Source: Amoebidium appalachense (lineage: Eukaryota > Protista > Ichthyosporea). From it: a stretch of 64,000 nucleotides of DNA. The stretch spans positions 8,987,962 to 9,051,961 of the forward strand of contig CAVNZM010000007.1 in assembly GCA_963693365.1 (NCBI GenBank), read 5' to 3'. Positions 1-16,204 of this stretch are shown here, in pieces; within the stretch, counting starts at the first letter, position 1; each line of letters starts with the position of its first letter. The position numbers and the translations under genes are program-made. The notes under the pieces are model-generated. The model saw nothing but the letters and a program-made list of their open reading frames with translations. It was not told where the DNA came from and made no database searches.

Positions 1-188
1 GGGGAGGGGGGGGAAGGAAGGGTGCAGACTTATTGCAGCACGTCATGGAAGAAGGGATTTGAGAACGCGGGGCCAGCTTGAGATAAACATGAGCAAAAAG
101 AGGCACAAGGGGAAGAAACAGGAGAGGACGACACCACAGGCACATGCTCCAGCCCATCCACATACCTCCTGCAAACGCATGCACCTAC

Positions 189-4365
<4,177 letters not shown>

Positions 4366-5074
4366 TGTGATGGTTAGTCAGCCCCCCCCCCAGCTAGAAG
4401 GTGCACAACACCACTTCACAGTAACTGTATGGCGTAAACTACTTTGTCTATCTATGCATGCGGGTTACACATATAGTCAACGCTCGGTTAAACACACCCC
4501 TAATCGAAAGCGCCGACCATTACTTCATGACATCGTGATTCACGATGAACGACTGCAGCCCACAGTATGCGGTGCACCATGGCCAGCATGTCCGAAGAAC
4601 CGGCATATGGCCTTATGACATACAAAGCAACGCAGATAGCAGAATGGCGACTGCTCGGAGCTGCCTTTCAGCTGATCAGATTCACTCGAGCCATTGGTGC
4701 CCACAGTGCTCATTCCAAGTCAATCAGCATCTTTAGCATGGGCTGGGGGCCGTGATCCCGTGTAACATGTACATCCTAGGCCTCGACGATCATAACGATT
4801 CTTCCGCCTGTTCTTTATATACCGTCAGAAACTTTCCCGCCAACCAAGAATTTTTTTGATGCAAAGGGCTCTCTTTTCGCGTACGCCTGCGGCAGGGCTG
4901 CGTCTGCTGTCTGAAACATGCACCCTGTGAACAGCGGAAAGAAGGTCGCCGAGCTCGAGTGTCGAACAGTCCGGATCCGGATCCGGACTATCCTGGCAGT
5001 GTAGGGGCGACATTCCAGAGATCTATTCTGTAAACTTTTTTCAGGTGATGGTTGGTTAGATGCGCACCAAGATA

Positions 5075-5579
5075 GGATCCCCCAAAACCCAGATGTGTGG
5101 GGCGAGTCGTATGCGTGTAACAGAGGGGTTACATTTTTTTTCTTTCGACTGGATTTATTCGACGGAAAGATATGCAAGTATGCACGGCATACTGAGAAGA
5201 CAATAAAAACTTCACGAGTTATCCAGTAACAAGTGCATACTGAGATACCTGAACATTGTGTGAAAATCATATAAATACTCAATCTGACGACCAACAGAAT
5301 TCAACAAAAAGTCTAAAGTGGTCACATTGTTACATTTTTCCAGTTTCGGAATTTTGGCCAAGTGAAATTCCGTTACAGACATAGGACTGCGACTTGCCTT
5401 ACATATAGTAAAAATCAAAAAATCTTCACTTTCAAAGGAGATTGCGGTATAATGACACCTCATTTTCCGTATTTACTAGCTACATACTGTTACACACATA
5501 CGAAAACGAGGTCTCAAATTTCCGGGAGCGTAGGTATGGACATACGATCGCCCCCCCACTAAGAAGTGTTGGGGGATCC
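5075..5579. mobile_element. Non-autonomous TIR DNA transposon (MITE), 505 bp, with 7-bp target-site duplication
   Basis: Perfect terminal IR GGATCCCCCAA (5075-5085) / TTGGGGGATCC (5569-5579), continuing imperfectly to about 40 bp (GGGGCGA(G)TCGTATG at both ends). Flanked by direct repeat CAAGATA at 5068-5074 and 5580-5586. Interior is AT-rich with no credible ORF. Confidence 0.75.
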
Positions 5580-5972
5580 CAAGATAAAATTTTAACACCA
5601 ATCAAAACATGCAGCACCACGCCCCAGATATTGACCAATCAGTGATCCGCTTGGCATATATTTTTACATTCCAAAAGCCTGTAATCCAGCGGACAGCTCT
5701 TTTCTACTTTTCTACTACATACATACGGTGTGCTCCACAAGGTTGATCACTGGGCAGTATTCAGTTGTGGAACTGGCAGTAGTGTGTGGCATTAGAATAC
5801 ATCATTGTAGCATTTTCGATAATAGGGCGCGTGTACAGCAGGTGTCAACATGGATTCCGAATTGACAGCCACGGTACCTCTACGTATACCATGGGCTTTT
5901 GCATGTGGTCTGTTTATTAGTTATAGGTTGGCTTGAGAAAAACACAACCACGAAAACACACGCACGCATCCA

Positions 5973-6158
<186 letters not shown>

Positions 6159-6400
6159 AAACACACACAAACACACACACACACACAAATACACAGGCAC
6201 ACACACACACACACACACACGTACACACACACACACGTACACACACGTGCACGTGCACGTACATGCACACACACACACCACGACACGCACACACGCACGA
6301 GCACACACGCACACACGCACACACGCACAAACGCACACATGCACACACGAACACACACGCACGCACACGCACACACACACACACACGCACACGCACACAC

Positions 6401-6431
<31 letters not shown>

Positions 6432-7324
6432 CAAGCACAAGCACACGCACTGACACACGCACACAAACACACACAAACCCACATACGACAAGTGATACCG
6501 AGTGTCCTAGGGGAGCCCGAAAAAAGAAAAAAGAAAAGAAAAAAACGGGGAACCCAACTAAATGTTTTCCTTTTATTTGGTATGGTACTTCACACAGTAA
6601 GAAAACCCTGATATACAATTCATCACCCGACCACCATGTGCCTGATATCAAATGATATGAAGCCGAGGGGATACATACACCAAGCAGAACCCCGCATACC
6701 TGAGACTGTTTTCTCTGTGCCTCGAGTAAACAGCTTAAGCATGATCAGTGAACCCCTCCTGGGCCCCCCATTCCTTGTTGAATTTTTTTATTTATTTATA
6801 AAAAATAACAGCCTAGTCGGGACCTGGCCGTGACAGCCATACGCATAGCAGCAGCGCAGGGCAGCAATTTGAACCACATATCCGTTTGTTTGAATACACC
6901 ACCGCGTGCCATTCACCAACCACCCCGTGCCCCCCACGCTCCACTCCACTGTCTCCGGCGCTTGGCCCTCACGCTTGCGTCTCAGGCCCTCCCTAGGCCC
7001 TCCCTTCTTCCCTGGCGCGATCGCCTCCTTCTACCTTCTCATACCTTCCTCGATTTTTCTCTCCTCTACTCGCTAGCTGAAGACACTCCGTCGAACCAAC
7101 TTCTTCCCAAAACGAGGAAACACGTGACCACGCACATGGCAACCGTACTTCCTGCCCAGGGGTCCTATGTGACTATCTGTTTCCGACCGGGAGTATTGAG
7201 TGTGGAGGCCAGGTGAGCATAGACTATGCATTTACGTGACAATATATATCCACCAGCAAAATGTGCATTGCACTACACTTGAAAGGATTGTCGCCCAGTT
7301 GCTCAGATATGGGGCGGGGGGGCG

Positions 7325-7357
<33 letters not shown>

Positions 7358-8207
7358 AGGGGGGAGGAGGAGGGCGAGGGGAGGGGGGGAAGAGGGGAGG
7401 GGGTAGAGGAACTGTACAGTAGCAGGGATAGACGTGGAGCAGATGAAGTTAGGGCAAGATCAGCGGAGTGGTAGAAGCAGGGATACATAGCTATACGTGA
7501 AAGACCTACCGAACTTCACAGTTCTTGATTTCATACTTAACTCTGGCGAGTTTCTACTAATTCCAAAAGTCTATGGATTATCTGGACAAAAATGTAATGC
7601 AGTCTCAGAATACGGATTAAGGTGTACTTGAACACGAAACAAATCTATATATATATATATATATCCACATATGATGTCTATCTGATACGTCGTTATATCT
7701 CCACTTTAAATTTATATGATGTAATTGTAACACCGATTTTATTACATGTATATCTTGTTGGGTGGAAGTAAATGTTGGCCTTGGTGCCAACACCTCATCA
7801 CAGCTCACCTACATTTCGTTAGTAAACAGCACATCCCTCCCCCCCCCATAGCTATACATGGGTAGGGTCTCGTCCGAAATTCGAAGACACTCTGCAGCTG
7901 TGAGCTGTGTGCGCACGAATCATCATGATACGACGTTGAGGACAGAGTATGTTTAGAGTCATAGACAGCCCGACGCAAGCATCGACTGCTACTAGAGTTA
8001 AAATAACCTAAGCTTTTATTTATGGGCACAAACACAGGAATTATAACAAATTATTCTGGCCCCCGATTTCAAGCCTTACGTATACGTGGCAGCCTGGTAT
8101 GCCGACTGTGCAAGGGTCATCAGACCAGTTGCAATCTAGATTTGCATAACGAGCAGACTTCGAGCCCTTTAGAAGCTGGAAGTTGGTGGTGGTGGTGGTG
8201 GTGGTGG

Positions 8208-8268
<61 letters not shown>

Positions 8269-8298
8269 GGGGGGAAAGCAGAATTCTTGCAGTACAAA

Positions 8299-8407
8299 GG
8301 CCCTCGAAGTTTTCCTTTTGTTCAGCATCCGCAAAAGGAAAACTTCGAGGGCCGTGTGTGCGCCTTATGTAATAGCACGGCCCTCTGAAAAAAAGCAGAG
8401 GGCCGTG
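8299..8407. repeat. Pair of related perfect inverted repeats (double hairpin)
   Basis: GGCCCTCGAAGTTTTCCTTTTG (8299-8320), 11-nt loop, exact reverse complement (8332-8353). Then CACGGCCCTCTG (8376-8387), 8-nt loop, CAGAGGGCCGTG (8396-8407). Confidence 0.85.
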
Positions 8408-8823
8408 GTAATAGCCTCATGATCGCATAGCCGATACATGAGCGAACACAACGATTACGTAACCCTGCGGGCTCAGCAATCTATCCAATCAGATAGCAAT
8501 AAATATAGCCATGTAAGGCACACTGCTGACGTGATAACGGCTGACCTCTTCGAAGTGCGGAGTCCACGTCAGTCACGAGAGGCGAAAGTCACAGCTACCT
8601 CAACAACTAAGTGAATCCGGACAAAAGATGAGCACCACAAGCACCTTTGCGTTATAACAAGAGCTGTTACTCTCTTTATATATCAGCGTCTCGTGGCACA
8701 TACAGGTGTTTTACGCACCGAGCACATAAACTTTATTAGTAGGTTGTTGGTGCTTTGCTGAAGGTTTCCATTTTCTTCGCTTGATTTGGGGAAAAAACAC
8801 ATTTACAGCAGCAAGCAGCAATC

Positions 8824-9346
8824 ATGGCCGGTTTTATACCGTCTTCAGGGCACACTGTGAGAGCATTCACGCGACCTGACCCTCAGGACTTGGTGGAGTG
8901 CCCCATATGCTTCAACAACTTCCCGCAGAAAGTGATTGAGCAACACGCCGGGAACTGTGTAAGTTGTTTCATGATGTGTGGGAAAAAAGAGGGAAGGGTT
9001 GAACTGTTGAGGAGGGGTAAAGGTTTAGTTTAAACGGCAGAGATGCATTTCCGACAAGAAAGATCGAAATGGCACTCACATGTGTACCCCGATCATGCCC
9101 AGGCGTGCATCAACATGCTACGTAAGCAAGAAAAGAAATTGTTTGAATGTGCATGTGCATCTGAAAACACAAGTACCCAGATCAGACCTACACACGCACA
9201 CGCACACACAATAACACAATTGAGTATCTGTTCGTGTCATTTCGCCCAACGAGTTTTGCATCCTTGCATTGCTTACTTCATTCAGCCATCCTCCCCCCCC
9301 CCCCCCCCCCCCTCCCCCCCCTGCCTCCGTCGCCACACAACACAAA

Positions 9347-9419
<73 letters not shown>

Positions 9420-10126
9420 ACACACACACACACATACACACACACATCAACCCCCCCACCCCCCCACCCCCCCACCCACCTCGGCCCTGACCCTCTGACC
9501 CGTGTGCCTAACCAGTCCGGGCCGATTGCTGAGGGATACGAGTCGGTGGCAAAGCCCACCCTTTCAACGGGTGCACCCTCGGGGGCTGCAACAGGCCAGG
9601 TGGAGCTTTTTTTGTTTTCTGTTTTTTGTTATTATTTGTGTATTGTTTATTGCCTTTTTTTTGGGGGGGGGGGGGGGAGGGGGGTTGGAGGGTTTAATTT
9701 TGTGGATGTCTCCTCGGAAAATCTACAATTGGAGATTGCTGAGGTGCAGAGCTCTACGCACCCAAGTGAATAACATGGGCTGCCCTGAAGAGTGATTGAA
9801 CGTTTAGAACGGGGGCACATGGGCGTATTTATTACTTCTCGGTGGCGGTATTTATTTTCTCGACGTGCAATTATTGGGTACAAATTTTGCATCGTGCGTA
9901 AACCCTACCCCCCCCCCCCCCCCTCCTGTTCCTCCTAGCATCCTCCCTCCCCCCCCCCCCCCCCCCCCCTCCCCCCGAAAAAAAAAAACATCCGTCTCCC
10001 TTCTCTCCCCCCCCCCCCCCCCCCCCCCCCCGGCGCCCGCCCTCCTAGCATGAAAGGAGAAAAACGGACGTCAACACAGTCCTGGCTGCATTTCTATCTT
10101 CCCAGTCAAGCACTACATCTTCCCCA

Positions 10127-10173
<47 letters not shown>

Positions 10174-11462
10174 ACACACACGCACGCACACACACACACA
10201 CACATACAATAACAAAATAAACAAAAGGGAGGATAATACATAAGAAAAATAAAAGCAGGAAGGAGGAAATAGTGAATGAAAGGATACAAACAAAGCAAGT
10301 AAACAACAACCCAACCAACACCATTTTATTACAGAGGCACGAGCAGGTGTACTGGTGTAACCAGGTGTTTGTGCATCCCACCGTGTCGAGAACAAACGAC
10401 ATTAGAGGTATCCTGCAGCTCTATAAGGCTGTATGTAACTCCCCTCCCCCTCCCCCCACCTGCCCCGAGCATGGGCTCTGCTTGTAATGCATACTCTTTG
10501 TGTGGTTTGCTCTCTGCATTGTGTTGTCGATTGTGAATTATGTACTGCGTTTTCTATAACACACTCTACCCCCCTCCCCCCCCCCCCCCCCCCCCCCCCC
10601 CGGCCCTCTCCCTCCAAAAAAAAGAAGAAAAAAAGAAAAAAAAAAAAAGAAATAAAGAAAAAACTCGGAATATGCTATGATGGTGGAAGCATAAGCGTGG
10701 TATGCCATTCACCGCATGTGTATTTTCTCTGTGGATTGTTAGCGTGTGTGATATCCGACTGTGATTTGTGAACTTCACATGTTCTGTCTGTGTGTGCGCG
10801 GCCTGCGGCTGCTCGCAAGCCTGTTATTGTACACGCCTGTGTACGTTGGCATGTACGTTGTGGCGTGCGTGTGCGTCGATGCGTAGTTTTGAGAGTGTGT
10901 CTACCTACGTGGCTGTTTGAATGTAAAAACACCTATTATTTCCTGATGATACTCCGCCCCTACTCAGGGCGGGGATGCCTATGTTTTATGGGAGCCAGTG
11001 GAGGCTGAAACCTTCAACCTGACTGATGCACCTCCAAGCACCCAGTCACATGGTGCCCCCCCCCCCCCCCCCCCCCCCCCATTTTTCCAATATATATATA
11101 TATATAGAGACATGCAGATACCGCACCATGTCTACTGGTTGTTACATGCTGGATGTGTGTAGCTGCTTTGCAGGGTGATGTCCTTTTCCATGCACTTCCC
11201 CATGTGTGAACATATTAGACGGCATGTGCGCGGTGTATGCTGTATGGGGCACAAGATCTCGGAGCAAAAAGGGTACACGTGCACGCACGTGTATCTAAGA
11301 CTATTCCCCCCCCCCCCCCCCCCCCCTCTCCCCCCCTCCCCGGCGCCCCGCCCCGCCCACACACACATACCCAATCGCTTGCGCTCACACAACAGGGTAA
11401 TTAGTTTTTACAACCTTTTCTTTGTTCACCATCTTCTCCATCGTTTGATAATGTTCAACCCG

Positions 11463-11506
<44 letters not shown>

Positions 11507-11609
11507 AAAACTCTCCAAACTTCCTCCACACAGAGACACATGTTCCCCCGTATGCTGCCTTGCTGTCCATGTGCCACCTTCCTGTAACCTCTCCTCGTCT
11601 TGTCTCCCC

Positions 11610-11640
<31 letters not shown>

Positions 11641-12221
11641 AAAAAAAAAAAAAAAGAAAAAAACCCCACCCCACCCATCTCAACCCCGTCCCCACCTCTT
11701 AACCAACACACACAACTTTTTACTCCCCCCCCCCCCCCCCCCCCCCTCCCCCCCTCCCCCGCTCACACACACATACCCCACCCACCACCACCCAGACACC
11801 ATCAAGCATGGTGACCGTGCCTGGGCCGCACAGACAGCAGCCATGTACCGTGTGGAGTATCGTCTGAGGCAGCTGGAGTCAGTAAGGAGGCATGTGCCCA
11901 GGCTGGGCTACTCAAATATCGTGCTGCAGCTGGCTGGGGGCCTGACACTGGCACCCCTCTACTTCCATGGTGGATACAAGTATGTGATATTCCCAACAAA
12001 TATAATATCATGGCAGATTTACAACGGAAAAACGAAGAGGGAGATTTTTCCTAAAGGGGTTCCTTCCCAGGGTCCTTCGTTCCATATGTATTCCCCGTTG
12101 CTTATTGTTGTGTTCGTATCATATTCCCCCCCCCCCTTCCCCTTCCCCCCTTCCCCCCCCCCCCCCCCCTCCCCTCCCCATTTTTCTTTCTTTTGTTTTT
12201 CTTTCCCTCTTTTTTTTTTTT

Positions 12222-12252
<31 letters not shown>

Positions 12253-12513
12253 GGGGGGGAGAGGGGAGGGGGGGGGAGGGGGGGGGGGGAGGAATCCGTT
12301 AAAAGTCTACTCTTAACTGCATATTTTTGGTATCTCTATCTCTGGGGTATGTGGTTATTTTGTCGTGTGTGTTTAGTGTGTTTTGCTTTTCTTTTCTTTC
12401 CCTTTTTTTTTCCCTCTTCAAAAAAAAAACCTTACCATGCTCTGCTATTAATAGGCTACATATATCCCCCCCCCCCCCCCCCCCTCTCCCCCCTCCCTCT
12501 CCCCTCCTCCCCC

Positions 12514-12544
<31 letters not shown>

Positions 12545-15500
12545 TTGTGCCTGGGGCGTCTTCTTTCCACCTGTATGTACCCCCCTTTCTATACATTCAC
12601 ATTCATCATGTGTTATTACTGACATTACAATGGGACCACACAGTGACCTGACGAATTTCTTTGAGACGTTGGGCCAGTTGGTTGACCTGGGCAAGTAGGT
12701 GTCTGTGTGCTGCATGGCTGCAGTGTGCGGGGTGGATGTTTTGGGCATGTGTGTGTGGGTGTGTGCATGAATTTATGTTTGTGCGTGTATGTGTGTGAGC
12801 GTGTGCGTGTGCGTGTGCGCGTGCTCGTGTGCGTGCACGTGCGCGTTCGTCTGTGTGTGCGTGTGCGTGTGCGTGTGCGTGTGCGTGTGCGTGTGCGTGT
12901 ATGCGCGAGCATGTGCGTGCGCGTACGTGCGTGCGTCCGTGAGGGCATAGTTATTGCCAGTTCATAAGGTGCCGTGACTTTGTGCCAATCGGGTTTTCAT
13001 GTGTACACACAGCACACACATGCGCACATACACACAAGTTTTTTTTTCTCCCTCCCTCCCTCCCTCCCTTCGTCCTTATCTGCGGCCTTCCCCAACCCGG
13101 GCCCCTCCTCTTCCCTCCTCTCCCCTCCCCCTCCCCCTTCCTCTCCCCTACCCCTTTCCCTCGCCTCTCCGCTTCCCCTTTCCCTCTCGCCCCCCTCCCT
13201 CCCCCTTCGGGCATGTGCATGAGGATGAGCACATGCGGTGAGTCCGAGAGTTCCACCCTCTGGCCTTCCCTCTTGTGGTGCTGGGTCCTTCAGTCCCTCT
13301 CTGATTTTTCATGTTTTTATGTTCATTATTTGGTGGCTACCTCTGGTTCTTGTGGATATGTAGCGGAGAAATAAAGCGCAAAGCATTGGGACAATTGCAT
13401 TGGAGCTACAAGTGTCCATGCATATTTCTTTGCATCAGCGCCAAAAGTCATGGGGTTATAGTGTGAAATACCCCTTATCCTCCCCCCTCCGCCTCCGCCA
13501 CCCTCCCACCAAACCTCCCTGAGCTCATGGGCGGCGCTGTGGTAACCCAATAGGCACCCTACTAACTGCATGTGTTTGTGCAGGCAGAGTCTCGACCCCA
13601 ACCTGTACATGGTGAGGAAAGACCAAGGCCCTTACATGTCTGTATGTTAACCCTCCTCCCCTCCCCCCCCCCCCCCCCCCCGTCCCCCGCCTCTCCCCCC
13701 TCCCCTCCCCCCACCCCCCCAAATGTATATGGATCGGCAGCCTGCTGACCCGTACACATGCACACACACACACACACACATGCACACACACACATGCACA
13801 CACACACATGCACACACACACATGCACACACAAGCACACACAAATGCACGCCGAGGATGCCCGCATGCGAGCAGGCAAGGACGCATACACACAAATCCTT
13901 TTTTAACACATTTTATCTGCCCGCATACACATCAATGTCTGCATGCACGCTATGTGACTGGGCTTCATATGCACATGCATGCACTCACTTCCTGACAAGC
14001 GAAAGTGTATTGGGAGTGAGAGTTCGATCATCTTGCAACCTCCCCCCCTCCTCCCCCCCCCCCCCCCCCTTCTTATTCTCCCTCTTGAGCGCATGTATAC
14101 ACGTAGTTTAATTGATGACTGTTGTTGTTCAGTTCACACCCGCTCACAGTGGTCAAGTCAAGGCCGTTTGCACACAACAGTGAATAATTTTGTCTATGCA
14201 ACCAAGGATTCATATATGTGGCGGGGTTGGTAGCTAGGCTGTGGTCATTTGACATCTTAAGTCCTTTTTTGTCTTGTTTTGGTTCGGGTGCGCAGAAAAG
14301 CCTTTAAAAGGTTAACGAGTATGTCGGCATTTTCTATATTTTAAATTCCGATCATACATGGCATATACCTAAAAAAGGGCAATGCCGCTATAGGCAGAAC
14401 CAACCAATGCGCTCATTGGCACACCTCATGCGGGAAATACTAACATAGACCATATGAAGACATCATTCCCATGACCCTCTTTTTTTTTTTTTTAACAGGT
14501 TGAAGACCTGCACGTGTTGACGCATTCACCCACCCCTGCCATTGCCCTGCGCCAACAAACCACCCCTAGCAATGGGTCTTTGGGCAAGGTGAACCTCCCC
14601 CCCCCCCCCCCCCCCTTTTTTTTTTAAAAAACACGAGTTTGGGTTCGCTCTATTTGAGATCCCATGACATGTTTTTTTCTCACTATTGATACATTGTTTG
14701 TATTATGCCACCATCTTTGCACGTACAAACGTCCTAACCTATGAAATAAATCCCCCTTGCATAATAGTTGGTGCGTGCCTGGCAGTATCGGTAATCCAAT
14801 GTTCCCATTTGTGTATTTATTACCATGTCTCATTACCATGTCCGAAGTTCATTTTTTACCTAATTTCCTTACATTTGTTTATTTATTCCCATATCTATTC
14901 CATTTTCTCACTTGATTTTCATGATCAAAACTTCTAATTATAAATTCAGCTTAATTCTCCGATGCAGGCCAGTAGAGGACTGGCCGACTGGACCATCCTG
15001 CAGCTCTCGAAAGTCAAAAAAGTCGTCGAAGACCTCTCTGGTATTTATATCCCCCCCCCCCCTCTCTATCCCTGCCTCCTCCTTCCGAATCCCCTCTCCC
15101 TACCCCATGGTTTCTCCCCCTCCCTCGAGCCCATGTCCCTGTTTTCCGTTGTTTGAGCAGTGTTAATATGAGTAAAGAAATATGTATGGTGCAGAGGAAT
15201 GGACACAAGGTTCTCCCGGACATTCTTTGATTTTATTTTCTTTTCCTTCTTTCTTTCTTTCTTTCTTTCTTTTTTTTTTTTTTTTTTTTTTTTTAAGGTG
15301 TGTGTATGTGGGGGGGGGGGGGGGGGGGGGGGGGGGGGAGGGGGGGGGGGCTGGCGGGGGGAGGGGGGGGGGGGGAGGGGAAAGAGAGAGAGGGAAGGGG
15401 GGGGGGGGGGGGGGGGGAGGCTCACGAGCACAAGTTTTATTCCCAAGATTGTAATCCATTAGCTCTTGCCCTCACGTTAATTTTTATTATTTTTTTTTAT

Positions 15501-15701
15501 TTTTTTGGCTAACCCCCCCCCCCCCCCCCCCCGTCCCCCTCCCCCCCTCTCTCCGCTCTTGCAGCCCCCCACCCTGAGGTGGGCCAAGGGGACATGCAAC
15601 GTAGACCCAATGCACAGATCCTGGTGCCCCCCACCAGCCAGCCAGCCCCCATTGCAATGTCGGATTTTGACATTGGTGATTTTGAAATTGTTTCCGTACG
15701 G

Positions 15702-15755
<54 letters not shown>

Positions 15756-15850
15756 AAAAAAAAGAAAAAAGAAAGAAAGAAAGAAAAGAAAGAAGAAACA
15801 CGATCGCACGCGCACACGCACACACACACGTACGCACGCATGCACGCACG

Positions 15851-15885
<35 letters not shown>

Positions 15886-16165
15886 TCTTACCTGCTCGCC
15901 GGTAAAGGGCTTGCTTGGGTACCAAAGCTTTATGCACTTATGCAATTTCATGCCTTTCTCCCTCCCTCCCTCCCGTTCCCTCCCGTCCCGCCCCCTCCCC
16001 TCTTCCCCCCCTCCCCCCCCCTCCCCCCCCCCCCTCCCCTCCCCTTTTCCCCCAAACACCCCCCTCCCCTGTAAGTATGTACCACCAGCTTTCTATATTC
16101 ATGCATGCATGCAATATTCTAACGACCCCCCCTTCCTCCCCCCCTCCCCCCTCCCCCCTCCCTCT

Positions 16166-16204
<39 letters not shown>

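Noticed and set aside
4968-4989. 22-bp perfect palindrome AGTCCGGATCCGGATCCGGACT
   Set aside because: Explained by tandem repetition of the self-complementary unit TCCGGA; no further context.
6830-7216. 128-aa plus-strand ORF in non-repetitive sequence with a GTGAGC donor
   Set aside because: No recognisable motif and no convincing partner exons; cannot be supported as coding.
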